Virus record (IMG/VR): IMGVR_UViG_3300045988_083323
Location: 1 to 40,279 of that record
Length of the DNA: 40,279 nt
Source of the DNA: a virus
Strand: one strand, 5' to 3'
The notes beneath the pieces were generated by a model. It made no database searches. It was not told the DNA's origin and saw only the letters and a list, made by a program, of their open reading frames with translations. The first letter of the stretch is position 1; each line of letters opens with the position of its first letter. Positions 1 to 6,461 of this stretch are shown piece after piece. Both the position numbers and the translations under genes were made by a program.

Positions 1-119
1 GCGGTTTATTGGATAAATCTCAGGTTATAAAAGTGTAGGGAAATACTACATTTTATTTAATCGGTAAATCGGTTATATAGATAGTTAATGGGTTCGATCC
101 CCACATGTTCCCGCCAAAA
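1..119 (+). repeat. Terminal direct repeat, copy 1 (119 bp).
   Basis: Read by eye, it is base-for-base identical to 40161-40279. The window starts exactly at the repeat. Confidence 0.9.
88..116 (+). other. tRNA 3'-end-like segment (T-arm plus acceptor strand plus CCA); candidate attP core.
   Basis: The sequence AATGGGTTCGATCCCCACATGTTCCCGCCA has the T-loop consensus GGTTCGATCC flanked by a TGGG/CCCA stem and ends in CCA. A terminator follows directly and the integrase gene lies 65 nt away. The same segment recurs at 40248-40276. Confidence 0.5.
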
Positions 120-150
120 AATCCCCTAAATTTAGGGGATTTTTATTTTG
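117..150. terminator. Bidirectional intrinsic terminator.
   Basis: The perfect palindrome ATCCCCTAAATTTAGGGGAT (121-140) is flanked by an A-run upstream and TTTTATTTT downstream. It sits at the 3' end of the tRNA-like segment (+) and of int (-). Confidence 0.75.
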
Positions 151-151
151 C

Positions 152-171
152 AGTACACTCAAAAGTACCCG
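152..171 (+). promoter_or_regulatory. AGTAC(A/C)C repeats; candidate integrase arm-type sites on the int side of the core.
   Basis: AGTACAC at 152-158 and AAAAGTACCCG at 161-171 match the doubled AAAAGTACACG at 40123-40145 on the other side of the core. Confidence 0.35.
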
Positions 172-180
172 TTTTTATTT

Positions 181-1296
181 TTATGTTGATAGGATCTTAT
201 CAAAAGCAGCGGTGTTGTACTGCATGATCCTGTCCCGGTCTCCCTCCATCTCATGGGAGTACACGGCGTCTCCGTCAAACTGGCGGCTGTGCCCGAAGGC
301 CATCTTCTTCAAGCCTTCCGGCATGTCCTTGTTAAGGGAGTAGTTCGTGTGGCGGAATTCGTACGGGGTAATGTACCGTGGATTCCCATCATTTGTCTCG
401 CCCCGTCTGCCTATGCCGACCTCCTCACAGTATAGATACCACTGGCGGCGGAAGTGGTCCTGGGGCATAGGCGCACCAGAAGGAGAAGGGAATACCCACG
501 GGGACAGCATCCCGTCCTTTTTCAGCATTGCCTTCTGCGTTTTCAATTCTTCCTGCGCATATGAGATGAGCTTCAGCGTCCTGTGCGCATTAAAGTTCTT
601 ACCATCTGTCACGCTGTACAGGTCATTGACAGCCCTATGCACGGTAATGGTATCCCCGCTTACATCCTCCCATTTCAGGCCCATAAGCTCACCGGGCCTG
701 AGATCCGTCAGGAGAAGGAACCGGAAAGCATGAATGTACCATGACTCATACGGCTGGAACAAAACCTTTATCTCTTCTTCATTAAGCACATACCGCTTTC
801 CCACTTTTGCAGACTTTGATATGGTAAGCTTTTCATACCACAGATCCGTCTTGTTATGATCCCGGCAGTACCGGATAAATCCGCCCAGACAGGATCGTAT
901 ATTCTGCTGGGATTTTTTCGAGAGCCCGGCTGCATTTGCCCGTGCGATCACGTCCTTGCAATCGCCTACGGTAATGCTCCCGATCTTCCGCCTCCCCAGC
1001 GGCTCCACGATCCAATTTTTACCGTAGCTCTGATACTGCCTCCAGTGCGCCTCAGATGTGGTGAGTTTGAGAGAGCCGATGTATTCATCAAAGAGAGTAC
1101 CGACCCGGTCTGTAACTTTCGTGGAGTTACTGTACAACCAGTCATCTGCCTTCCGCTCTGCCTGCAGCTTCCCCTTCCGGGTGCGCAGACCGACCTCAGA
1201 CGCAAAGGTCTTTCTCTCTCCGTTTTCGTTTGTGACGTTGATCTGCCAGCGGTTTCTGGATTCGATCCACCGCGCCTCCGTTTTCCTTAATTTCAT
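181..1296 (-). CDS. int: Tyrosine integrase.
   Basis: 371 aa. The C-terminal catalytic half carries RPGEL..LKWEDV, HRTLKL, YEFRHTNYS and GHS....VYSH (terminal Tyr). The SD AGGGGG lies upstream and the gene is adjacent to the attP-like site. Confidence 0.9.
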   Translation of the reverse strand: MKLRKTEARWIESRNRWQINVTNENGERKTFASEVGLRTRKGKLQAERKADDWLYSNSTKVTDRVGTLFDEYIGSLKLTTSEAHWRQYQSYGKNWIVEPLGRRKIGSITVGDCKDVIARANAAGLSKKSQQNIRSCLGGFIRYCRDHNKTDLWYEKLTISKSAKVGKRYVLNEEEIKVLFQPYESWYIHAFRFLLLTDLRPGELMGLKWEDVSGDTITVHRAVNDLYSVTDGKNFNAHRTLKLISYAQEELKTQKAMLKKDGMLSPWVFPSPSGAPMPQDHFRRQWYLYCEEVGIGRRGETNDGNPRYITPYEFRHTNYSLNKDMPEGLKKMAFGHSRQFDGDAVYSHEMEGDRDRIMQYNTAAFDKILST

Positions 1297-1304
1297 TTTT
1301 CCCC

Positions 1305-1814
1305 CTATTTATGCAGTGACTTAGTTATAAACCATCCCGTGTCCAGGTTGGTGAGATCATATATTAAAAAAACGATCACCGTCACAAGGAGCACCAGCAG
1401 CGCCACAGAGGACGCTATCGCCCATGTGCGAAACCGGATCTTCTCCTTCGTCAGATCTTCTATTTGTCGGTCCTTTTCCTCTATCCTCTCCAAAGCTGAG
1501 TCAAGCTCGCTGCACACGGCAGACATATTCCTTTGCACTTCGGACAGCCTGCACTCAAATAGGTTCATCAGGTCCTTCATGAGTTCGGATCCGGCGCATC
1601 CAGGAGTGTCCGACCCCATGGCCTCCTCTGTCGTGCAGCCGAATGCTGCGGCTATCTGGCGGGTGGCAGACGCACTGGGCGGTGTCTTCCCACTACGGAT
1701 CCGGCTTACGGTGGATGTGCTTAATTGCACCCGTTCGGCGATCTCTTCCAGCGTTTGCAGGTCATTTCTCCGGATCTGCTCCTCAAAAAACTCCAAAAAT
1801 TGATTGTCTGCCAT
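1305..1814 (-). CDS. Membrane-anchored XRE-type HTH regulator.
   Basis: 169 aa. The N-terminal HTH (LEEIAERVQLSTSTVSRIRSGK) is followed by a coiled-coil segment and a C-terminal hydrophobic helix (WAIASSVALLVLLVTVIVFLIY). The SD AGAGGGGG lies upstream. Confidence 0.6.
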   Translation of the reverse strand: MADNQFLEFFEEQIRRNDLQTLEEIAERVQLSTSTVSRIRSGKTPPSASATRQIAAAFGCTTEEAMGSDTPGCAGSELMKDLMNLFECRLSEVQRNMSAVCSELDSALERIEEKDRQIEDLTKEKIRFRTWAIASSVALLVLLVTVIVFLIYDLTNLDTGWFITKSLHK

Positions 1815-1837
1815 TTTTTCCCCCTCTTTTCATGGTT

Positions 1838-1886
1838 TTGCAGGATCTTGCAAGACCCTGCAAGAAAATTACGTCCTTTTGCAAGG
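1838..1886. promoter_or_regulatory. Array of four TGCA(A/G)G motifs; candidate operators in a divergent intergenic region.
   Basis: The motifs TTGCAGG (1838), CTTGCAAG (1847, a palindrome), CCTGCAAG (1857) and TTTGCAAGG (1878) have spacings of about 9, 10 and 21 bp. They lie between the 1305-1814 (-) and 1953-2087 (+) genes. Confidence 0.35.
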
Positions 1887-1952
1887 AATTTACTATTGGT
1901 TTTATTCCAAATATGTGATAGGGTGAGGCTATCCCAGAAAGGAGCCCCACCC

Positions 1953-2087
1953 ATGGAATACTTAACTGATGAGATAAAAGAAGCGTTTGAATATTATCTG
2001 CTCCGGCTTACCCCGGACAACATGACTATCATGCTGGCCCGCCTGATGCTGGCCGTAAAGGCGCAGGAGGAGGGGATGGAGATCTGA
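1953..2087 (+). CDS. Small hypothetical protein (44 aa).
   Basis: The ATG at 1953 is preceded by AAAGGAG (1938-1944). The product MEYLTDEIKEAFEYYLLRL... looks protein-like. It is a sub-ORF of track ORF 1725-2087. Confidence 0.35.
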   Translation: MEYLTDEIKEAFEYYLLRLTPDNMTIMLARLMLAVKAQEEGMEI

Positions 2088-2132
2088 GGAGTCGAGAAAT
2101 TGATGCCACGGTCATGGATAAACGGCAGTACC

Positions 2133-2456
2133 TCATTTGTCCTCTATCTCCCCGACCACATACCCTAATCTTTCCAACGTTATGCGTAACGCAATATATG
2201 CCGGAAACCATGCGTACATGAGAATTTTTTGAAATAATGTCATTTTGCTGGCTGAGGATACTGTTGTGGATAAGAAAATTATAAACGCATAAGCAAAAAT
2301 TGCAAAAGACATGAACAAAAACATTGCACCAAATGGCTTCCCTATTCGTTCTTTAGCCTTCTGAAGTCCCTTTTTTCCTCTGTAAATAACAAGGTATAAT
2401 ACATGCGCGAATCCACCTGCTACTGCGAGCAGCAGAGCACCAACAAGACCTCCCAT
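2133..2456 (-). CDS. Small integral membrane protein (moron candidate).
   Basis: 107 aa with three hydrophobic segments. The SD AAGGAGG lies upstream. The gene sits in an AT-rich island that contrasts with the GC-rich genome. Confidence 0.6.
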   Translation of the reverse strand: MGGLVGALLLAVAGGFAHVLYLVIYRGKKGLQKAKERIGKPFGAMFLFMSFAIFAYAFIIFLSTTVSSASKMTLFQKILMYAWFPAYIALRITLERLGYVVGEIEDK

Positions 2457-2582
2457 AAAATCCTCCTTATTAAGTTTTATTCATCATATCATAACAGACC
2501 CAAAAAGTAAATAAAAAAGCAAAAATATTATAAATACGAGCGAAAACAATCTGCTAATATACCTTAAAAAGGAGGTACACCC

Positions 2583-2714
2583 ATGAACCAAACGAACGAA
2601 GAACAGTGCCGGCAAGAGATGATCGCCGCTATTGACTTCATGCTGGAGAAACTCTGCTTTAAGAAAATCAAACTTGTATATTATCTGGTACGCGAATACT
2701 ACCAGCAGAAATAA
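2583..2714 (+). CDS. Small hypothetical protein (43 aa).
   Basis: The ATG at 2583 is preceded by AAAAGGAGG. The product is MNQTNEEQCRQEMIAAIDFMLEKLCFKKIKLVYYLVREYYQQK, and a terminator follows. The ORF falls below the track's length cutoff. Confidence 0.45.
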   Translation: MNQTNEEQCRQEMIAAIDFMLEKLCFKKIKLVYYLVREYYQQK

Positions 2715-2726
2715 CGCATGAGCAAA

Positions 2727-2753
2727 GACCCCTCAACCAGAGGGGCCTTTTTT
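2727..2753. terminator. Intrinsic terminator between convergent genes.
   Basis: A CCCCTC/GAGGGG stem (2729-2734 / 2740-2745) is followed by a T-run at 2748-2753. Confidence 0.65.
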
Positions 2754-3123
2754 AATGCTTGCTCAGTTCGTCTATAAAGGCCTCTATCTGTCCCCACATC
2801 TCAGGAGGGATCTTGGACAGGGCCCGGAAGAAGCGCAGCCGGAAGTCGTTGCCGTCTGCGTTCCCGGTGATTTCAGCCACAAAGGCCATGATCTCCTGCT
2901 CCGGATCTCGTTTAACAAACATGTCTCCTTCTCCGGTGCGAAGCCATGCTTCGTTTGCTCCGAATATCCTGCAAACATCGGATATCGTTCTGTCGCTTGG
3001 CTCTATGATGTTGATCTCATAGTTTGCAATCGTGTTTCTTTTTAGGTTTAGTCGATCCGCAAACTTTTGCTGCGTCAGACCGTTCGACTTTCTTACCTCT
3101 TTTATTCTTTCTCCTATAGTCAT
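2752..3123 (-). CDS. CI-like XRE-family repressor (123 aa).
   Basis: The HTH is LTQQKFADRLNLKRNTIANYEIN. The track ORF extends to 3261, but the SD AAGGAGGG (3128-3135, minus strand) precedes the internal ATG at 3123, and the extension would overlap the promoters. Confidence 0.8.
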   Translation of the reverse strand: MTIGERIKEVRKSNGLTQQKFADRLNLKRNTIANYEINIIEPSDRTISDVCRIFGANEAWLRTGEGDMFVKRDPEQEIMAFVAEITGNADGNDFRLRFFRALSKIPPEMWGQIEAFIDELSKH

Positions 3124-3142
3124 AATTCCCTCCTTGCATTTT

Positions 3143-3170
3143 ATTATACCCAGCTCATTGCAAATGTCAA
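3143..3170 (-). promoter_or_regulatory. Leftward sigma70-type promoter for the repressor gene.
   Basis: Read on the minus strand: TTGACA (3165-3170), a 16-nt spacer, then TATAAT (3143-3148). Confidence 0.55.
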
Positions 3171-3202
3171 TACAAAAATGTTGATTGAAGGTCAAAAACA
3201 TG

Positions 3203-3231
3203 TTGACAATAGACATTGAAGGACTTATAAT
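3203..3231 (+). promoter_or_regulatory. Rightward consensus sigma70 promoter for the early operon.
   Basis: TTGACA (3203-3208), an exactly 17-nt spacer, then TATAAT (3226-3231). The repeated motifs ATGTTGA (3177, 3199) and ATTGAAGG (3184, 3215) overlap it as candidate operators. Confidence 0.7.
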
Positions 3232-3278
3232 GGTCGTGAAATCAACAAGCAGCCGCATCACCAGAAGGGAGCGAGAGC

Positions 3279-3428
3279 ATGAGCGATATGGAAAAGGCCG
3301 CAGTAAAGCGGATCGTAGAAAAGCTGAAAGGCCTCAGCAAAGGGGCAGCAGATCAGGTAACGGTATATGCGGAGGGTTTTGCTTCCGGGTATGCCTGCAG
3401 GGACAATGAAAAGCGGGAGGAAGCATGA
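3279..3428 (+). CDS. Small hypothetical protein (49 aa); first gene of the rightward operon.
   Basis: The ATG at 3279 is preceded by AAGGGAG, and the stop overlaps the next start (ATGA at 3425). It is preferred over the Arg-rich track ORF 3185-3409, which starts inside the promoter. Confidence 0.5.
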   Translation: MSDMEKAAVKRIVEKLKGLSKGAADQVTVYAEGFASGYACRDNEKREEA

Positions 3429-3715
3429 GCATAGAGGAAGCCCGTAATCATCTGTATGAGGCAGTGAGCGACTATCTGACCGCCATAGGCCCCTACAGTC
3501 CGGATCTACCGTTCGGTATAAAGGAGTACGCAGACGCCATCGTAGGCCTGCACTCTTTGGTACAGGAGATTAAGATGGGCGTCATAAAGCTCAATTTCCT
3601 GCCGGAGGATGAAGACTACAACAAAGAGATGCTGGAGATCCACCGGCAGGATCTGGAACGATCTATTTCGCTCCTGGCAGTGGGACTTCAATCGGTTAAA
3701 AAGGAGGAAGCATGA
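3425..3715 (+). CDS. Hypothetical protein (96 aa).
   Basis: Track ORF, translationally coupled on both sides. Confidence 0.6.
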   Translation: MSIEEARNHLYEAVSDYLTAIGPYSPDLPFGIKEYADAIVGLHSLVQEIKMGVIKLNFLPEDEDYNKEMLEIHRQDLERSISLLAVGLQSVKKEEA

Positions 3716-3876
3716 ACGTAGAAGAACGTATAGAAAAGAATCGGAAGGTGCGGGACGAGCTCCTGCAGGACCTTATGGCTTTTGTCCATCGTGCAAGCAG
3801 TGAAGAAGCCACCGAGGAAGAAGTGCGAGTTCTCCCTGAGGTGGCCCGTGTGATCATTCAGCTATTCATGATTTAG
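3712..3876 (+). CDS. Small hypothetical protein (54 aa).
   Basis: The ATG at 3712 is preceded by AAAAGGAGGAAG. The product is MNVEERIEKNRKVRDELLQDL... Confidence 0.5.
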   Translation: MNVEERIEKNRKVRDELLQDLMAFVHRASSEEATEEEVRVLPEVARVIIQLFMI

Positions 3877-4043
3877 GCATCGGCATCAGCTGCGGAGATC
3901 TTTATCTTTTCGTACAAAGCATTGAAGAATTCTCCGCACATCTCTGCAAGCTCTGCAGAAAACGAAGATGCTTTCCCGGCAAAGACCGCTGCAGTGATCT
4001 TTACAGCGGCATCGAAAGCTCTTTCGGACGCAGTATCATTCAT
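3873..4043 (-). CDS. Small hypothetical protein (56 aa).
   Basis: The internal ATG at 4043 is preceded by GGAAAGGAGG on the minus strand. The track ORF extends to 4127 with no SD. Confidence 0.5.
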   Translation of the reverse strand: MNDTASERAFDAAVKITAAVFAGKASSFSAELAEMCGEFFNALYEKIKISAADADA

Positions 4044-4097
4044 TTTCTCACCTCCTTTCCGGTGGGATAGAACCAGTATAGCACACAGGAGGAACCC

Positions 4098-4304
4098 ATG
4101 GCCAAGTTTACAAATCTCAAAGAACACCGCATGCGGTTAGGATTCAGCCAGGTGGAGGTAGCCAAAAGAGCTTACATCTCTCAGGTTTACTACTGCCGCA
4201 TCGAGAACGGGAAAAGTATCCCGTCAAAGGAAGTCGCCGAATCCATCATCAAGGTGCTGGGAGTACCCATGGAGTGGCTACGCCCTCAGACACCTACATT
4301 ATAA
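4098..4304 (+). CDS. XRE-family HTH protein (Cro-like, 68 aa).
   Basis: The HTH is LGFSQVEVAKRAYISQVYYCRIENGK. The SD CAGGAGG lies upstream. Confidence 0.75.
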   Translation: MAKFTNLKEHRMRLGFSQVEVAKRAYISQVYYCRIENGKSIPSKEVAESIIKVLGVPMEWLRPQTPTL

Positions 4305-4360
4305 GCGCGGATCCGACCTGAAAAGTGACATCTTTTTAATAAATTAAACGGGGAGAGAAC

Positions 4361-4666
4361 ATGAGAAAGTACGCAAGCCTCCGCGCAAAAATGCAGAAGC
4401 TCAACATGGACCAGGAGTACATCGCCCGGCAGATGAACATGAACGTCATGAGCATTAGCAACCGCTTCACCGGCAAGACTCCGTGGAAGATGGACGAGAT
4501 GTACGCCGTGCTGGACATCATCGGGGAGCCGGACGAAAAGCTGTCTGAGTTCTTCCCCCGGAACGGTATCAACCTTACCCCCGCTAAAAAAGAGCGGGAC
4601 GCAAAGCGGGACAAGCAAAAGCAGGAGATCCTTACCCGCGTAACAGATCTTATTTCCATTCTTTGA
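4361..4666 (+). CDS. Phage regulatory HTH-like protein (101 aa).
   Basis: The segment MDQEYIARQMNMNVMSISNRFTGKTPW resembles the small Cro/DUF739-like regulators of Firmicutes phages; this is a family call from memory. Confidence 0.55.
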   Translation: MRKYASLRAKMQKLNMDQEYIARQMNMNVMSISNRFTGKTPWKMDEMYAVLDIIGEPDEKLSEFFPRNGINLTPAKKERDAKRDKQKQEILTRVTDLISIL

Positions 4667-4673
4667 TTAATTT

Positions 4674-4803
4674 ATCCCCATAGGCAGACGAGCCACGCTC
4701 GCCCTGCCTGGACCTTTGGTGACTTTCTGCCGGGAGGGTGCATGATCAGGTTTTCTGTCAACCTCCTCCCTGATTAAGCAAGCGCTCGTCTGCCTATGGG
4801 GAT
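4674..4803 (+). repeat. 130-bp element closed by 20-bp perfect inverted repeats; a structured leader or MITE-like element.
   Basis: ATCCCCATAGGCAGACGAGC (4674-4693) is the exact reverse complement of 4784-4803. The interior contains ACCTCCT (4761-4767), which is complementary to the SD AGGAGGT (4807-4813) of the next gene. Confidence 0.6.
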
Positions 4804-4817
4804 ACAAGGAGGTACAC

Positions 4818-5156
4818 ATGGTTACAGATGTTATCGAGCGTACAGAGTTAGAGATTGCCGAGGCCGTAACGGCCAACCGGCTGGGCGTGGTGCTGGTAAT
4901 TCTCCTGGGATTGCTGGCGGCATGGCTGATCTACACCAAGCTGACAGACCGCCGGGAAATGCGGGAGGCACAGATCGAGCGGGCCAGGTATCAGGCCATG
5001 GCCACCAAGGCCGGTATGAATGGCCTCAAATGTCAGACCATCACCGATCTGGAGTTTGAGATCGCCCTGCGGGATGAGCGCATCGCCAAGCTGGAAAAGG
5101 ACAATAAGCGGCTCAACACCCTGTTGACCGCAGCCTGTAAGGAGGGAAAGGCATGA
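4818..5156 (+). CDS. Membrane-anchored coiled-coil protein (112 aa).
   Basis: The hydrophobic helix LGVVLVILLGLLAAWLIY is followed by a charged heptad-like region. The SD AAGGAGG lies upstream. Confidence 0.6.
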   Translation: MVTDVIERTELEIAEAVTANRLGVVLVILLGLLAAWLIYTKLTDRREMREAQIERARYQAMATKAGMNGLKCQTITDLEFEIALRDERIAKLEKDNKRLNTLLTAACKEGKA

Positions 5157-5518
5157 TTCAGATGAAGGAGTTCCGGGAGGGTCTGAACCTCTCCCAGCGT
5201 GACATTATCGATGTGGTGCAGGAGAGCGCCCCCGGCTTTGACAAGTATCTGCTGAGCAAGGTGGAGAGACCGGAGAAGTACGGCATCCGCCTCCTCAACG
5301 GCATAGAAAAGGATCTTCTGGAGGCCTACCCCCAGACCGCCCCACAGCCCCGTAAACCCGACCGCAGGAAGAACCCCTGCCGTCTCTACTGCAGGGTAGG
5401 AAAACCTGTGTATGAGCGGTTGCAACGGGCTCTGAGAGCAGACGGCTTTGAGACCGTGCAGGCAGGGCTCAACTATATCATCGGGAAGTATCTGGAGGGG
5501 CGCAAGGAGGACGAATGA
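5153..5518 (+). CDS. Hypothetical protein (121 aa).
   Basis: Track ORF with the SD AAGGAGGG and ATGA coupling on both sides. Confidence 0.6.
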   Translation: MIQMKEFREGLNLSQRDIIDVVQESAPGFDKYLLSKVERPEKYGIRLLNGIEKDLLEAYPQTAPQPRKPDRRKNPCRLYCRVGKPVYERLQRALRADGFETVQAGLNYIIGKYLEGRKEDE

Positions 5519-6426
5519 AAGCCTATAAGAGATTTAACAAGGACATGACTTGTAAAGGGTTCCAGTATGCGGAAGGTAAAACATACGAAACCGACAAGGC
5601 AGAGATGTGCATGTACGGGTTCCACGCTTGCGAAAATCCGTTAGATTGCAGTTCTTATTATTCCCCAGCGAAAAGCGTCATCCGTGAAGTCGAGCTTGAA
5701 GATGTATCGCCAGACCGGCAGGAAGATAGCAAAGTCGTTGCAAGGAAGATCACTATCGGCGCAAAGCTTGATGTTATGGGGTTGTGCAAAGCCCACTTTG
5801 AATATGTAGCCTCCAAATGCACCGTAAAAAAAGGTGGTGAAAACTTGGATAATACTGCCGTTTCAGCTGGCAATTGGGGCTCCGCTGCCGCTGGCTACAA
5901 GGGCTCCGCTGCCGCTGGCAATTGGGGCTCCGCTGCCGCTGGCAATTGTGGCTCCGCTGCCGCTGGCTACAAGGGCTCCGCTGCCGCTGGCTACAATGGC
6001 TCCGCTGCCGCTGGCAATTGGGGCTCCGCTGCCGCTGGCAATTGTGGCTCCGCTGCCGCTGGCAATTGGGGCTCCGCTGCCGCTGGCAATTGTGGCTCCG
6101 CTGCCGCTGGCTACAAGGGCTTTGCTGCCGCTGGCAATTGGGGCTCCGCTGCCGCTGGCTACAAGGGCTCCGCTGCCGCTGGCTACAAGGGCTCCGCTGC
6201 CGCTGGCTACAAGGGCTCCGCTGCCGCTGGCGACAATGGAATTGCATGCGTGCGCGGAGGAAAAGCAAGAGGAGGGATGGGGTGCCTGCTTGCGATTGCA
6301 GAAACAGATGCTGCTGGGAATGCAACGGGTAAATACGCCGTCGGAATCGTGGACGGAAAAACATTAAATCCTGATACGTGGTACATAAGTCGTAACGGGA
6401 AGTTTGTGGAGGCCATAAATGAATAG
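5515..6426 (+). CDS. Repeat protein: a Cys-rich N-terminal domain plus 15 octapeptide G-x-x-G-S-A-A-A repeats.
   Basis: 303 aa. The N-terminus FNKDMTCKGFQYAEGKTYE..MYGFHACENPLDC resembles a phage family I recall as DUF7666. The middle is (GNW/GYK/GNC/GYN)GSAAA repeated 15 times. Confidence 0.75.
   Translation: MKAYKRFNKDMTCKGFQYAEGKTYETDKAEMCMYGFHACENPLDCSSYYSPAKSVIREVELEDVSPDRQEDSKVVARKITIGAKLDVMGLCKAHFEYVASKCTVKKGGENLDNTAVSAGNWGSAAAGYKGSAAAGNWGSAAAGNCGSAAAGYKGSAAAGYNGSAAAGNWGSAAAGNCGSAAAGNWGSAAAGNCGSAAAGYKGFAAAGNWGSAAAGYKGSAAAGYKGSAAAGYKGSAAAGDNGIACVRGGKARGGMGCLLAIAETDAAGNATGKYAVGIVDGKTLNPDTWYISRNGKFVEAINE
5869..6228 (+). repeat. Tandem repeat, 15 copies of a 24-bp unit.
   Basis: The unit GGC(AAT TGG/TAC AAG/AAT TGT/TAC AAT)GGCTCCGCTGCCGCT is nearly identical among copies, and all reading frames stay open across it. 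Confidence 0.95.
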
Positions 6427-6461
6427 CGTATGCATCAACAGCAAGTATCTGGAGGGGCGCA

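Noticed and set aside
38-116. A complete ~79-nt tRNA gene ending at the CCA at 114-116.
   Set aside because: GGGAAAT (38-44) can partly pair with the 3' acceptor strand. I could not build D or anticodon arms from the AT-rich interior, and the conserved GG/U8/A14-type positions are missing. Only the 3' T-arm and acceptor part is tRNA-like.
3185-3409. The 74-aa track ORF (TTG start) as the first early gene.
   Set aside because: It starts inside the -35/-10 promoter region and encodes an Arg-rich, junk-like sequence. The 49-aa frame starting at ATG 3279 has an SD and ATGA coupling to the next gene.
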